Assembly (NCBI GenBank): GCA_041558415.1
Contig: JBFFEY010000001.1
Location: 89,630-153,629, forward strand
DNA length: 64,000 nt
Reading direction: 5' to 3'
From: Burkholderiales bacterium
Lineage (GTDB): Bacteria; Pseudomonadota; Gammaproteobacteria; Burkholderiales; SG8-39
The translations under genes and the position numbers were made by a program. Position 1 is the stretch's first letter. Every line of letters starts with the position of its first letter. This document shows, piece after piece, positions 46,614-57,444 of the stretch. Below the pieces are notes generated by a model. That model searched no databases. It was given only the letters and a program-made list of their open reading frames with translations, and was not told the origin of the DNA.

Positions 46614-47420
46614 ATGGGATTGAAGTACAGCATTGCGCAGGCCTGCCGCATCGGCGCGCGGCAAAGCAACCAGGACCGCGTCGGCCATTCGGCGAGCGAC
46701 GCGGCGCTGCTGATGGTCGTCGCCGACGGCATGGGCGGGCATCCGCGCGGCGAGCTCGCCGCGCAGCTCGCGGTCGACCAGCTGGTCGAGGATTTCGAAC
46801 GCGAGGCGCAGCCGCGCCTCGCGCAGCCGGAGACTTTCCTGCAGGCGGCGTTCAACCGGGCGCACTGGCGCATCGCGCGTGAGACGCGTGCGCTGCGCCT
46901 GGCCGACGCGCCGCGCACCGTGCTCGTCGCCTGCGTCGTGCAGGACGGCGCGGCGACCTGGCTGCACGTCGGCGATTCGCGCTTCTATCTGCTGCGCGGC
47001 GACAAGGTGGCGGTCCGCTCGCGCGACGATTCGTTCATCCAGCAGCTCGTCGACATGGGCTGGCTGCGCGAGGAGGACGCCGCAATTCATCCGGATCGCA
47101 ACATCGTCGTTCGCTGTGTCGGCGGCAACGAGGCGCCGCGGCCACGCCAGCCCGTGCGCGTGGTGCTCGAGCCGAACGACATCATGGTGCTGTGCTCGGA
47201 CGGCTTCTGGGGCCCGCTTTCGCCCAGCGAGCTCGCCGCCGGGTTGCGCGGCCAGGATCTGCAGGGCGAGGTCGACACGCTCGTCGCGCTGGCGGAGAAG
47301 CGCAGCGGCGTGCAGTGCGATAATGTCTCGGTCGTCGCGCTCGCCTGGAACGAGCGCCAGCGCCGCGGGCGTCGCTTCCGGCGCACGAAAGCCGCAGGCG
47401 ACCTGCCGACCGAAGCATAG
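46614..47420 (+). CDS. PP2C-family Ser/Thr protein phosphatase
   Basis: [12 protein letters not shown] and LCSDGFWG metal-binding motifs. ATG at 46614; GTG 46599 is an alternative. Confidence 0.82.
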   Translation: MGLKYSIAQACRIGARQSNQDRVGHSASDAALLMVVADGMGGHPRGELAAQLAVDQLVEDFEREAQPRLAQPETFLQAAFNRAHWRIARETRALRLADAPRTVLVACVVQDGAATWLHVGDSRFYLLRGDKVAVRSRDDSFIQQLVDMGWLREEDAAIHPDRNIVVRCVGGNEAPRPRQPVRVVLEPNDIMVLCSDGFWGPLSPSELAAGLRGQDLQGEVDTLVALAEKRSGVQCDNVSVVALAWNERQRRGRRFRRTKAAGDLPTEA

Positions 47421-47429
47421 GAATCCGTT

Positions 47430-48176
47430 ATGAGCACAGCCGAGAGGGCAAGCCGGCCGAGCGGGCGCGCGCCCGACGCGCTGCGCCCGGTACGCTTTAC
47501 GCGCGCCTTCACGCGCCACGCCGAAGGCTCGGTGCTGGTCGAGTTCGGCGAGACGCGCGTGCTGTGCACGGCCAGCGTCGAAGAACGCGTGCCGGCCTTT
47601 CTCAAGGACCAGGGCCGCGGCTGGATCACCGCCGAGTACGGCATGCTGCCGCGCTCGACGCACACCCGCACCGACCGCGAGGCGGCGCGCGGAAGGCAGT
47701 CGGGCCGCACGCAGGAGATCCAGCGCCTGATCGGCCGCGCGCTGCGCGCGGCGTTCGACCTCGGCGCGCTCGGCGAGCGCACCATCAAGATCGACTGCGA
47801 CGTGCTGCAGGCCGACGGCGGCACGCGCACCGCATCGATCACCGGCGCCTTCGTCGCCGTGTACGACGCGCTCGGCTGGATGCAGGGCCAGGCACTGCTC
47901 GAGCGGCGGCCGGTGCGCGACTTCGTCGCCGCGGTCTCGGTCGGTCTGTACCAGGGCGTGCCGGTGCTCGACCTGGACTATGCCGAGGATTCGGCCTGCG
48001 ACTGCGACATGAACGTGGTGATGACCGGCGAGGGGCGCTTTATCGAGCTGCAGGGGACGGCCGAAGGCGAGCCATTCTCGCGCGCGCAGGTCGACGCGCT
48101 GATGCTGCTCGCGGAGAAGGGCGTGCGAGAGCTGGTCGCCGCGCAGCGTGCGGCGCTCGGCCTGGCGCGGGCGTGA
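47430..48176 (+). CDS. rph: Ribonuclease PH
   Basis: [14 protein letters not shown]...[18 protein letters not shown] and [19 protein letters not shown] are canonical RNase PH blocks. Confidence 0.94.
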   Translation: MSTAERASRPSGRAPDALRPVRFTRAFTRHAEGSVLVEFGETRVLCTASVEERVPAFLKDQGRGWITAEYGMLPRSTHTRTDREAARGRQSGRTQEIQRLIGRALRAAFDLGALGERTIKIDCDVLQADGGTRTASITGAFVAVYDALGWMQGQALLERRPVRDFVAAVSVGLYQGVPVLDLDYAEDSACDCDMNVVMTGEGRFIELQGTAEGEPFSRAQVDALMLLAEKGVRELVAAQRAALGLARA

Positions 48177-48784
48177 AGGGGCTGGAGAAGCTCGTCCTCG
48201 CGAGCGGCAATCCCGGCAAGCTGCGCGAGATCGGCGCGCTGCTCGCGCCGCTCGGCATCGAGGTCGTGGCGCAGGCCGCGCTCGGCATCGCCGAGGCGGA
48301 GGAGCCGCACGAGACGTTCCTGGAAAACGCGCTCGCCAAGGCACGCCATGCGAGCCGCGCCAGCGGGCTGCCGGCGCTGGGCGACGATTCGGGGCTGTGC
48401 GTGGAGGCGCTGGGCGGCGAGCCGGGGGTGCATTCCGCCTACTACGCGGGCAAACAGGGTTCGCGCGAGCAGCGCGATGCGGCGAACAACGCCAAGCTGC
48501 TGGCTGCGCTCGAAACGCAGAGCGACCGGCGCGCGCATTTCGCCTGCGTCATGGTGCTGATGCGCCACGCCGACGACCCGCAGCCGTTGGTGGCGGAGGG
48601 CAACTGGCACGGCGAGATCGGGCAGGCGGCGCGCGGCGCCAATGGCTTCGGCTACGACCCGCTGTTCGTGCTGCCTGGGCGTAGCTGCAGCTCGGCCGAG
48701 CTGCCCGCCGCAGAGAAGAACCGCATCAGCCATCGCGGCCAGGCGCTGGCGCGCCTGCTCGATCGGCTGCGCGAGGGAGAGTGA
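48173..48784 (+). CDS. rdgB: dITP/XTP pyrophosphatase RdgB (HAM1 family)
   Basis: GTG overlaps the rph stop (GTGA). [44 protein letters not shown]. Confidence 0.92.
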   Translation: MKGLEKLVLASGNPGKLREIGALLAPLGIEVVAQAALGIAEAEEPHETFLENALAKARHASRASGLPALGDDSGLCVEALGGEPGVHSAYYAGKQGSREQRDAANNAKLLAALETQSDRRAHFACVMVLMRHADDPQPLVAEGNWHGEIGQAARGANGFGYDPLFVLPGRSCSSAELPAAEKNRISHRGQALARLLDRLREGE

Positions 48785-48787
48785 ACG

Positions 48788-49978
48788 GTGAGCACGCAGC
48801 CCGTCACCTTGCGCCGTCCGGGAGAAGTGCATCTCGCCACGCTGCCGCCGCTCGCGCTTTACGTTCACATTCCGTGGTGCGTGCGCAAGTGCCCGTACTG
48901 CGACTTCAATTCGCACCAGAAAAATGACGGCTTGCCGGAGGGCGAGTACGTCGATGCGCTGGTCGCCGACCTCGAAGGCCTGCTGCCGTCGGTGTGGGGG
49001 CGGCGCGTCTCGAGCGTGTTCATCGGCGGCGGCACGCCGAGCCTCTTTTCCGCCGCGGCGATCGAACGGCTGTTGTCGGAAGTTCGCGCGCGTGTGGTGC
49101 TCGAGCCGGACGCGGAAGTGACGCTGGAGGCGAACCCGGGCACGGCCGAGGCCGGGCGCTTTCGCGGCTATCGCGAAGCCGGCGTCAACCGCCTGTCGAT
49201 CGGCGTGCAGAGCTTCGACGACGCCATGCTGCAGCGGCTCGGCCGCATTCACGACGGCGGCGAGGCGCGTCGTGCGCTGGAGATGGCGCGTGCGGTCTTC
49301 GACAACGTCAATCTCGACCTGATGTACGGCCTGCCCGGGCAGACGCCGGCCATGGCGCAGGCTGACCTTGCCGAGGCGCTGCGCTGGGAGACCACGCACC
49401 TGTCCGCGTACCAGCTGACGATCGAGCCGAATACCGCGTTCTATTCCAAGCCGCCGCAGCTGCCCGAGCACGATGCCTGCGCTGACATGCAGCGCATGGT
49501 CGAGGATCTGCTGGCGGCGTCGGGCTTCGAGCACTACGAGACCTCGGCGTTCGCCAGGCCAGGCCGGCGCTGCCGCCACAACCTCAACTACTGGCAGTTC
49601 GGCGATTACCTCGGCATCGGCGCGGGCGCGCACGGCAAGATCAGCTTTCCGGATCGCATCACGCGCCATGCGCGCGTCAAGCAGCCGCGCGAGTACATGG
49701 TGGCGGCGCGGCGCGGGGCCTCACTGGTCGAGGAGCGGACGGTCGGCGCCGCGGAACTGCCGTTCGAATTCATGCTCAATGCGCTGCGACTGGTCGAGGG
49801 CTTCGAGTCCGAGCTTTACGCGGCGCGCACCGGGTTGCCGATTCGTGCAATTGAAGTTCGCCTTGCGGATGCAGAGGCACAAGGCCTGATCGAGCGCTCG
49901 GCGACGCGCATCCGACCCACGGAGCGCGGCCGACTGTTCCTCAACGCGCTGATCGAGCGCTTTCTGCCCGCCGCTTGA
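48788..49978 (+). CDS. hemW: Radical SAM heme chaperone HemW (HemN-like, oxygen-independent coproporphyrinogen oxidase family)
   Basis: [19 protein letters not shown] radical SAM motif. Position after rph-rdgB is typical for hemW. Confidence 0.88.
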   Translation: MSTQPVTLRRPGEVHLATLPPLALYVHIPWCVRKCPYCDFNSHQKNDGLPEGEYVDALVADLEGLLPSVWGRRVSSVFIGGGTPSLFSAAAIERLLSEVRARVVLEPDAEVTLEANPGTAEAGRFRGYREAGVNRLSIGVQSFDDAMLQRLGRIHDGGEARRALEMARAVFDNVNLDLMYGLPGQTPAMAQADLAEALRWETTHLSAYQLTIEPNTAFYSKPPQLPEHDACADMQRMVEDLLAASGFEHYETSAFARPGRRCRHNLNYWQFGDYLGIGAGAHGKISFPDRITRHARVKQPREYMVAARRGASLVEERTVGAAELPFEFMLNALRLVEGFESELYAARTGLPIRAIEVRLADAEAQGLIERSATRIRPTERGRLFLNALIERFLPAA

Positions 49979-50630
49979 AGACGAGATCGAATACGGGATG
50001 TCCGAGCCGCTCGCCGCGGGCCTCGAACTTGGTTCGAGGACGACGCTCGGGCCGCGGCGCGTACGCTTCGGCCGTATTTTCCAATAGGGGTTCCGCGGCA
50101 AGCACGCCGAGGATCTGCTCGGCGTAGTCCGGCCAGTCGGTCGCCGCGTGCAGCAGCCCGCCGGGCGCGAGCTTGCGCGCGGCGAGCGCCGCGAACGCCG
50201 GCTGCACGATGCGGCGCTTGTGGTGGCGCTTCTTCGGCCAGGGATCCGGAAAGAATAGGTGGATCCCGGCGAGCGAGCCGTCGGGAATCATGTGCTCGAG
50301 CACCTCGAGCGCGTCGTGGCGGATGACGCGCAGGTTGGCGAGCTCCGCCGCCTGGATGCCGCGCAGGAGGCTTCCCACGCCGGGGGTGTGCACCTCGATG
50401 GCGATGAAGTCGATGGCAGGATCGGCCTTGGCGATCTCGAGCGTGGTCTCGCCCATGCCCGAGCCGATCTCGACGACCAGTGGCGCGTCGCGGCCGAACA
50501 CGGCGCGCGCGTCGATCAGCGCCTCGGCATAGGCAATGCCGTACTTCGGAGTCAGCGCCTCGACCGCGCGCTGCTGCGCAGCGGTCGTGCGTCCCTGCCG
50601 GAGGACGTAGCTCCGGATCGGGCGGCTCAA
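49941..50630 (-). CDS. trmB: tRNA (guanine-N7)-methyltransferase
   Basis: [12 protein letters not shown] motif and [16 protein letters not shown] signature. The 3' end overlaps the convergent hemW by 38 nt. Confidence 0.92.
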   Translation of the reverse strand: MSRPIRSYVLRQGRTTAAQQRAVEALTPKYGIAYAEALIDARAVFGRDAPLVVEIGSGMGETTLEIAKADPAIDFIAIEVHTPGVGSLLRGIQAAELANLRVIRHDALEVLEHMIPDGSLAGIHLFFPDPWPKKRHHKRRIVQPAFAALAARKLAPGGLLHAATDWPDYAEQILGVLAAEPLLENTAEAYAPRPERRPRTKFEARGERLGHPVFDLVFKRRAESARSAR

Positions 50631-51436
50631 GCGGCTTTCGGCTGCGAGGCGGCGATGGTGCCGCCGACCGGCGAGGACGGGCTCGCGCTGTAGAGCTTCT
50701 TCGGCATGCGCCCGGCGAGGAAGGCTTCGCGCCCGGCCTCGACGGCCTTCTTCATGGCCTGCGCCATCAACACCGGGTTCTGCGCTGCGGCGACGGCCGT
50801 ATTCATCAGCACGCCGTCGCAGCCGAGCTCCATGGCGATCGCGGCGTCCGAGGCGGTGCCGACGCCGGCGTCGACCAGCACCGGGACCTTGGCGGCCTCC
50901 AGGATCAGCTTCAGGTTCCAGGGGTTGAGGATGCCCATGCCCGAGCCGATCAGCGAGGCGAGCGGCATGACGGCGACGCAGCCGATGTCCTCGAGCATCT
51001 TCGCCTGGATCGGGTCGTCCGAGCAGTACACCATGACCTGGAAGCCTTCCTTCACCAGCTGCTTCGCGGCCTGCAGCGTCTCGGGCATGTTGGGGAACAG
51101 CGTGTGCGGGTCGCCCAACACCTCGAGCTTGACCAGGTCGTGGCCGTCGAGCAGTTCGCGCGCCAGGCGCAGCGTGCGCACCGCATCCTCGGCGCTGTAG
51201 CAGCCCGCGGTGTTCGGCAGATAGGTGAACTGCGACGGCGGCAGCGCCTCGAGCAGGCTCGGCTCGCCGCGGTTCTGGCCGATGTTGGTGCGCCGGATCG
51301 CGACGGTGACGATCTCGGCGCCCGAAGCAACGACCGCCTCGCGCGTCTGCGCGAAGTCCTTGTACTTGCCGGTGCCGATCAGCAGGCGCGAGCCGTAGGC
51401 CCTGCCGGCGATGACCAGGGGATCATGCAGTGTCAT
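50627..51436 (-). CDS. thiG: Thiazole synthase ThiG
   Basis: [28 protein letters not shown] blocks. 269 aa. Immediately downstream of thiS. Confidence 0.94.
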   Translation of the reverse strand: MTLHDPLVIAGRAYGSRLLIGTGKYKDFAQTREAVVASGAEIVTVAIRRTNIGQNRGEPSLLEALPPSQFTYLPNTAGCYSAEDAVRTLRLARELLDGHDLVKLEVLGDPHTLFPNMPETLQAAKQLVKEGFQVMVYCSDDPIQAKMLEDIGCVAVMPLASLIGSGMGILNPWNLKLILEAAKVPVLVDAGVGTASDAAIAMELGCDGVLMNTAVAAAQNPVLMAQAMKKAVEAGREAFLAGRMPKKLYSASPSSPVGGTIAASQPKAA

Positions 51437-51437
51437 T

Positions 51438-51641
51438 TCAACCTCCGCCGACGGCGACCACGATTTCGAGGCGGTCGCCGTCGTTGACCACGGTGCTGGC
51501 GTGCGCGCTTTTCGGCACGATCTCGCCGTTTTGCTCCACGGCGATCTTCTTGCCGGCCAGCTCGAGGCGGCGCAGCAGATCGGTGACCGGCAGCGGCTGC
51601 TCGAGGCGGTGCGCGGCACCGTTGACGACGATGTTAATCAT
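51438..51641 (-). CDS. thiS: Sulfur-carrier protein ThiS
   Basis: 67 aa with a ubiquitin-like fold pattern, ending in ...VGGG. 1 nt upstream of thiG. Confidence 0.88.
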   Translation of the reverse strand: MINIVVNGAAHRLEQPLPVTDLLRRLELAGKKIAVEQNGEIVPKSAHASTVVNDGDRLEIVVAVGGG

Positions 51642-51681
51642 GCAGCCAATAATACCTCTGCAGGCAGGCGAACGCCGCCGC

Positions 51682-52887
51682 TCAGACGACGGGCGGACGC
51701 TCGGCGGGCGCCGCCCGGGCCGCGAGCGCGGCGATGATGCGGTCCTTCGGCAACATGCCCAGGATGCGCGCCGCATCGTCGACGACCGCAACGGGGTACT
51801 CGCTCTCCAGGGTGAGCGGCAGCACGCGCTCGAGCACCATGGACTGCGGCGTTGACGGCACCGGCCGCGCCAGGGTGCGCAGCGTTGCGCCGGGCGCAGC
51901 CGCGCGCAGCATGGATGCGGTGAGCACGCCGGCGAGCCGTCCCTCGGCGTCGGCGAGATAGGCCACCGGCAGCGCCTGCCCGTGCAAGCGCTCGAGCACG
52001 GCCTGCGGCGCGTCGCGTTCCTGAACGACGATCGCCTCGAGCCGCACCGCGCCGGCGGTCAGCACGCGGCCACGGTTGACGTCTTCGATGAAGCGGGCGA
52101 CGTACTCGCTTGCCGGCTGCTCGAGGATCTCCTCCGGACGGCCGACCTGCTCGATGGCGCCGTCGTTCATGATCGCGATGCGATCGCCCAGCCGCAGCGC
52201 CTCGTCGAGGTCGTGGGTAATGAACACGATCGTGCGCTGCAGCTCGGCCTGCAGGCGCAGCAACTCGTCCTGCATCTCACGCCGGATGAGCGGGTCGAGC
52301 GCGCTGAATGCCTCGTCCATCAGCATGACCTCGGCCTCGGTGGCGAGTGCGCGCGCGAGGCCGACGCGCTGCTGCATGCCGCCGGAGAGCTGGGCCGGGT
52401 ACTGCGCTTCGTAACCGGCGAGGCCGACGCGCTCGACCCAGCGCCGCGCCTTCTCCAGATTGGCGTGCCGTTCGGCGCGGCTGCGTGCCTGCACGTTGAG
52501 TCCGTAGGCCGCGTTCTCGAGCACGCTCTTGTGCGGAAACAGCGCGAAGCGCTGAAACACCATGCTGGTGCGGTCGCGCCGGAAGCGCCGCAGCGCCTCG
52601 GCATCGAAACGCAGGATGTCCTGGTCGCCGAAGAGAATCTCGCCTGCCGTGGGCTCGATCAGGCGGTTGAGGTGGCGGATGAGCGTCGACTTGCCCGAGC
52701 CCGACAGACCCATGACGACGAAGCACTTGCCGGCCTCGATGGTGAGCGAAACGTCGCGCACGCCAATCGTGTGGCCGGTCTGCGCGAGCAATTCCTCCTT
52801 GCGTACGCCGGCGCGTACCTGTTCGAGCACACGCTCGGGCGTGGGCCCGAAGATCTTGGTGACATTGCGCAGGACGATGTCGCCCAT
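51682..52887 (-). CDS. proV: Glycine betaine/proline ABC transporter ATP-binding protein ProV (with C-terminal CBS pair)
   Basis: Walker A GLSGSGKST and signature LSGGMQQRV. C-terminal CBS-like segments. Follows the permease and binding-protein genes. Confidence 0.88.
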   Translation of the reverse strand: MGDIVLRNVTKIFGPTPERVLEQVRAGVRKEELLAQTGHTIGVRDVSLTIEAGKCFVVMGLSGSGKSTLIRHLNRLIEPTAGEILFGDQDILRFDAEALRRFRRDRTSMVFQRFALFPHKSVLENAAYGLNVQARSRAERHANLEKARRWVERVGLAGYEAQYPAQLSGGMQQRVGLARALATEAEVMLMDEAFSALDPLIRREMQDELLRLQAELQRTIVFITHDLDEALRLGDRIAIMNDGAIEQVGRPEEILEQPASEYVARFIEDVNRGRVLTAGAVRLEAIVVQERDAPQAVLERLHGQALPVAYLADAEGRLAGVLTASMLRAAAPGATLRTLARPVPSTPQSMVLERVLPLTLESEYPVAVVDDAARILGMLPKDRIIAALAARAAPAERPPVV

Positions 52888-52892
52888 GGCGC

Positions 52893-53753
52893 TCAGTGGG
52901 CAGCCTGGCGATGTGCGGCGAGGCGACGGCCGTAGGCCTGCGTGATGCGATCGAGCACGATCGCAAGCAGCACGATCGACAGCCCGGCGACGAAACCGGT
53001 GCCGGGCTCCTGGCGCTGCAGGCCGTAGAGCACTTCCTGGCCGAGGCCGCGCACGCCGATCATCGAGGCGATGACCACCATCGCCAGCGCCATCATGATG
53101 GACTGGTTCACGCCGGCCATGATGTTCGGCAGGGCGAGCGGGATCTGCACGCCGAACAGCGTCTGGCGGCGCGTCGCGCCGAAGGCGGTGGCCGCCTCGA
53201 TCACCTCCTTGTCGACCAGGCGGATGCCGAGGTCCGTCAGGCGCACCAGCGGCGGCGCGGCGTAGATCGTCGTGGCGATCACCCCGGAAAAGGTGCCCAG
53301 GCCGAAGAGCATCACCACCGGAATGAGATAGACGAACGACGGCATGGTCTGCATGAAGTCGAGGATCGGCATGGTGACGGCGCGCACCCGGTCGCTCTGC
53401 GACATCACGATGCCCAGCGGCAGGCCGAGCGCGACGGTCACCAGGAGAGACACGCTCATCAGCGACAGTGTCTGCATGGTCGGCGTCCACAGGTCGAGCG
53501 CCCAGATCAGCGCGAAGGCGGCGGCGACCCCGGCGGCGAGCCGCAGGCTGCGGCTCGCGTGATAGGCGAGCGCCGCGAAACCGAGCATCATGAGCGGCCA
53601 GGCGATCGACTGGTGCAAAAATCGCTCGAAGAAGCCGATCTTGTGGACGATCCAGTTGTTGATCTCGCCCAGCCGATCGCCGTAATGCACGACCAGCCAC
53701 TCGACCAGGCGGTCGATCCACTCGACCAGCGGGATGAACGCGGTGTCGACCAC
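52893..53753 (-). CDS. proW: Glycine betaine/proline ABC transporter permease ProW
   Basis: BPD-type permease with EAAxxxG-like loop EAATAFGATRRQTLFGVQIPLALP. GTG start. Confidence 0.85.
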   Translation of the reverse strand: MVDTAFIPLVEWIDRLVEWLVVHYGDRLGEINNWIVHKIGFFERFLHQSIAWPLMMLGFAALAYHASRSLRLAAGVAAAFALIWALDLWTPTMQTLSLMSVSLLVTVALGLPLGIVMSQSDRVRAVTMPILDFMQTMPSFVYLIPVVMLFGLGTFSGVIATTIYAAPPLVRLTDLGIRLVDKEVIEAATAFGATRRQTLFGVQIPLALPNIMAGVNQSIMMALAMVVIASMIGVRGLGQEVLYGLQRQEPGTGFVAGLSIVLLAIVLDRITQAYGRRLAAHRQAAH

Positions 53754-53772
53754 GTCGCCGCCGAGCAGCGGG

Positions 53773-54804
53773 CTACAGCGAGGCCTCGACGCGCGCTGCG
53801 ACCTCAGGCGGTACCCAGTCCTTCCAGACCTGCGGGTGCTTGTGCAGGAAGTCGCGCGCTGTCTTGGCGCCGCTGCGGTCGCGCTGTTCGCGCATCTGGA
53901 CGAGCGCCTGGTTCACCAGGCCGTCCTGCATGCGGTAGCGGTCGAAAAACCGGACCAGCATCGGCGCGGCGTCGGCGAAGGCCTTGTTGAGCGCGACCGT
54001 CACGCGGATGCTCGGGTAGGCGCAGGCCTCGAGCCCGACGCCCGAGGCCGCCTTGTCGAGCTTGTCCCACACCGCTTTCTCGTACGCGGGCTCTTCGAGC
54101 CGCAGCAGGTCGTACTTGCCGAGCACCCAGGTCGGCCCCCAGTAGTAGAAAACGATCGGCCGGCCGCGCTTGTAGGCCGAGGCGATCGCTGCGTCGAGCG
54201 CCGCGCCGCTGCCGGCCCTGAAGTTGGTGTAGTGCTCGAGCAAACCGTAGGCCTCGAGCTTGCGCGAATTGACCTTCTCGCAGTTCCAGCCCAGCTTGCA
54301 GTTGTAGAAGCGGCCTTTGGACGGCTGCTCGGGGTCGCGGAACAGGGCCTTGTACTGCGGCAGGTCGGCGACCGACTTGAGCCCGGGCGCCGCCGGCTTG
54401 ATGCCGCGTTTCGCGTCGCCCTCGACGAGGTAGCGCGGCACCCACCAGGCCTGAATCGCACCTTCGATGGAGACGCCCTTGGTTTCGATCGCGCGGCCGG
54501 TCTGCTCCATCTTGTTCCAGATTTCGACGTTGTTCTCCTTCCACAGCTCCATGAGGATGTCGACATCGCCCTTGGCGAGCGCGTTTAGCAGCGGCTGCGA
54601 GGTGCCCGGGACGGTGCTGACCTCGCAGCCGTAGCCCTTGGCGAGAATGTGGCTCGCCACGGCAACGTTGAACTGATGGCTCGCCCAGTCATTGCCCGCA
54701 AAGCGGATCGGCCGCTCGAGCTCGCAGCGCGGCGCCGCTTGGCCGCTGCCAAGTGCGAAAAAAAGGATGACGGCGAACAGGCGTCGCACAGTGGATCCGG
54801 TCAT
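53773..54804 (-). CDS. proX: Glycine betaine ABC transporter substrate-binding protein ProX
   Basis: ATG at 54804 after AGGAGG. Signal peptide. OpuAC/ProX-like blocks (GNDWASHQFN..., YYWGPTW). Confidence 0.8.
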   Translation of the reverse strand: MTGSTVRRLFAVILFFALGSGQAAPRCELERPIRFAGNDWASHQFNVAVASHILAKGYGCEVSTVPGTSQPLLNALAKGDVDILMELWKENNVEIWNKMEQTGRAIETKGVSIEGAIQAWWVPRYLVEGDAKRGIKPAAPGLKSVADLPQYKALFRDPEQPSKGRFYNCKLGWNCEKVNSRKLEAYGLLEHYTNFRAGSGAALDAAIASAYKRGRPIVFYYWGPTWVLGKYDLLRLEEPAYEKAVWDKLDKAASGVGLEACAYPSIRVTVALNKAFADAAPMLVRFFDRYRMQDGLVNQALVQMREQRDRSGAKTARDFLHKHPQVWKDWVPPEVAARVEASL

Positions 54805-54869
54805 ATGGCCTCCTGGCGTGGTCCCCGGGGTCACGTGTAGCACGTTTCGCCGTAAAATTGGCCCCCGCC

Positions 54870-54943
54870 GCGGGTGTAGTTCAATGGCAGAACAACAGCT
54901 TCCCAAGCTGTGAACGTGGGTTCGATTCCCATCACCCGCTCCA
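54870..54943 (+). tRNA. tRNA-Gly (anticodon CCC)
   Basis: 74-nt cloverleaf read by hand. Acceptor GCGGGTG/CACCCGC, anticodon arm ACAGC-TTCCCAA-GCTGT, T loop TTCGATT, encoded CCA. TAAAAT at 54853-54858 with a GC-rich discriminator lies upstream. Confidence 0.93.
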
Positions 54944-54963
54944 GCGAAGCCGCGGTGGTCGGC

Positions 54964-55599
54964 TCACTCTCCCCCGATCACGCGGTTCGAGGCGAGCCAC
55001 TGCTCGAGGCCCTGGAAGATCATCTCGACCGCCAGCGTGCCGACCACCAGCGCCGAGATGCGGCCGGCGATCGACACGTAGCGCTCGACCACGTTCGCGC
55101 TGCGGCCTTTTGCCCAGTCGTGCAGCAGCTTGAGAAGCACCAGGATCGCCACGGTGGTGGCCAGCGCGCCGATGATTGCGACGCAGGCCGAGAACAGGTG
55201 CATGCGCGAGCCTGCGAGCACCGCGGCGTTCACCGTCCCCGGGCCGACCATGAACGGCATGGCGATGGCGCTCGCCAGCCGCGCGGGCGGGCCGCTCAGC
55301 ATCTCGATCGCATGCGGCCCTTCGAACACGAAGCGGATGCCGATGATGAGAAACACGATGCCGCCGAAGATGAGGAACGCGGCGAAGCGCGCCTGCAGCA
55401 CGTTGGTGAAGATGGCGTCGCCGAGCCAGGCGAAGGGAAAGAACACGGCCGAGGCGATGAACGCGCCGGCGCTGACCACGCGCACGAAGGTCTTGAGATC
55501 CAGCTCGCGCACCAGGTTGAGCAGGTAGATCGCGAGCAGGAACGGGTTGAGCAGCACGAACAGCAGCAGCGCGTGCTTGACGATCAGGGCGGTCTGCAT
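54964..55599 (-). CDS. MarC-family (NAAT) integral membrane protein
   Basis: 211 aa with 6 TM segments. N-terminal ...LLFVLLNPF motif typical of MarC/UPF0056. Confidence 0.75.
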   Translation of the reverse strand: MQTALIVKHALLLFVLLNPFLLAIYLLNLVRELDLKTFVRVVSAGAFIASAVFFPFAWLGDAIFTNVLQARFAAFLIFGGIVFLIIGIRFVFEGPHAIEMLSGPPARLASAIAMPFMVGPGTVNAAVLAGSRMHLFSACVAIIGALATTVAILVLLKLLHDWAKGRSANVVERYVSIAGRISALVVGTLAVEMIFQGLEQWLASNRVIGGE

Positions 55600-55621
55600 G
55601 GCGCGGGCGCGGCGAGCGGCC

Positions 55622-56395
55622 CTAGTGCTCGCTCGGCTCGATCATCGATTCCGGGATCGAGCCACTCTTGCGACACGCCACGCCAAAGTAATACAGCGGC
55701 CGACCGTCCATCGACAGGCGGTGGCGGTAGCGCTCCATGTGGTAGATATCGAGGTATTCGCTCAGGATCAGGTTCTTGATGAACACCGAGAAGCCGGTCG
55801 TGTCCCGGTTGTCGAGGAAGGTCTCCTTGATGTTGAACGCCACCCAACCGCCGTCCTCGACGAGGTTGTAGGCCTCGGCGAACACGCGCACCGGAATGTC
55901 GCCGAAGCCGAGCGCGGCGACGGTGACCATGCAGTTGAAGCGCCAGCTCATCAGCTCCTCGCGCTGATCCTGGGACATGTTCGACATGTCGATGGCGTAG
56001 AACTCGTCGTAGACCCCCGGCCGATCGCGCTGCACCGCGATTGCCGCCGGCTTCGAGATGTCGACGCCGACGATGCGCGCCACGCCGTGCTTCTGCAGCA
56101 CTTCGCCGACCATGCCGTTGCCGGCGCCGAGGTCGAGTACGCGCAGTTCGTTGAACAGCCAGGGCTCGCCGCTCATCGCGTAGCGCAGAATGCTCACCAC
56201 CTTCTCCGGCGACTGGCACTTCAGTCGGTCGTAGAACAGCTGCTCGTACAGGCCCTGGCGCTCGTAGATGGCGTCGTAGTCGTGGAAGCGCAGCTCCGTC
56301 TGCGTGCCGTTCGGCTCGATCAGCGTGAAGTGGGCCTCGTCCTGCGCGAGGTCTTGGGTATTGCCCGAGGGAAAACGGATGTGGTGTCGTTTCAT
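55622..56395 (-). CDS. Class I SAM-dependent methyltransferase
   Basis: Motif I VLDLGAGNGMVG followed by acidic GVDIS. ATG at 56395. Confidence 0.75.
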   Translation of the reverse strand: MKRHHIRFPSGNTQDLAQDEAHFTLIEPNGTQTELRFHDYDAIYERQGLYEQLFYDRLKCQSPEKVVSILRYAMSGEPWLFNELRVLDLGAGNGMVGEVLQKHGVARIVGVDISKPAAIAVQRDRPGVYDEFYAIDMSNMSQDQREELMSWRFNCMVTVAALGFGDIPVRVFAEAYNLVEDGGWVAFNIKETFLDNRDTTGFSVFIKNLILSEYLDIYHMERYRHRLSMDGRPLYYFGVACRKSGSIPESMIEPSEH

Positions 56396-56526
56396 GGCGT
56401 TACGCAATTTGCGATTTCTGGCGGCAACAGGGGAAGATAGCCCACTTCGGCGGCGCTGGCGAATCGCGCGGCCGCGCGATCCGCTAAAATTGAGACTCGT
56501 TTTCGGAACCGGGTCGGATTGCCCAC

Positions 56527-57444
56527 ATGCCGGTCTCCTTTGAAGGCAAGCTTGTCGTCGCCATCTCCTCCCGCGCGCTGTTCGACTTCGAGGAGGAGAA
56601 CCGCATCTTCGATGCGCGGGGCGAACGCGCGTACATCGATCTGCAGTTCTCGCGCCTCGACGTGCCGGCGCGCACCGGCGTGGCCTTCGCGCTGGTGAAG
56701 AAGATGCTCGCCTTCAACACCCCCGAAACGCAGCGCGTCGAGGTGGTGATCCTGTCGAAGAACGATCCGGTGAGCGGGTTGCGGGTGTTCCGCTCGGCGG
56801 AGCGCGCCGGCCTGAAGCTCGAGCGTGGCGTGTTCACGCGCGGGCGATCGCCGTACCGCTATCTCGACGCGCTGCAGGCGAACCTGTTTCTCTCGGCCAA
56901 CGAGCACGACGTCATGAGCGCGCTCGAAGCGCGCGTGCCGGCGGCGCGCGTCATTCCCGAGTCGGCGCAGGCGGCCGAGCGGCACGCGGACGAGGTGCGC
57001 ATTGCCTTCGACGGCGACGCGGTGCTGTTCTCCGACGAGGCCGAGCGCGTATTCCAGGACGAGGGGCTCGAGGCGTTCACGACGCACGAGACGGTGCATG
57101 CGCTGCGCCCGTTGCCACCCGGGCCGTTCAAGCCGCTGCTCGAGGCATTGCACCGTCTGCAGATGGCCGCCGGCACCGACGTGCCGATGCGCATCCGCAC
57201 GGCGCTGGTCACCGCGCGCAGCGCGCCGGCGCACGAACGCGCTGTGCGCACGCTGATGGACTGGAACATCGGCGTCGACGAAGCGCTGTTTCTCGGCGGG
57301 CTCGACAAGGGCGCATTCCTCAAGGCCTTCGAGCCCGACTTCTACTTCGACGACCAGCGGGGGCACATCGAGTCGGCGCGTCAGCATGTCGCGTCGGGCC
57401 ATGTGCCGTTCGGCGTGGCAAACGTTACGCGGAGGGTCTCATGA
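56527..57444 (+). CDS. 5'-nucleotidase-family (PF06189-like) protein
   Basis: KLVVAISSRALFDFEEENRIF... and IAFDGDAVLFSDEAERVF... blocks as I recall for the bacterial 5'-nucleotidase family. Assignment from memory only. Confidence 0.55.
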   Translation: MPVSFEGKLVVAISSRALFDFEEENRIFDARGERAYIDLQFSRLDVPARTGVAFALVKKMLAFNTPETQRVEVVILSKNDPVSGLRVFRSAERAGLKLERGVFTRGRSPYRYLDALQANLFLSANEHDVMSALEARVPAARVIPESAQAAERHADEVRIAFDGDAVLFSDEAERVFQDEGLEAFTTHETVHALRPLPPGPFKPLLEALHRLQMAAGTDVPMRIRTALVTARSAPAHERAVRTLMDWNIGVDEALFLGGLDKGAFLKAFEPDFYFDDQRGHIESARQHVASGHVPFGVANVTRRVS

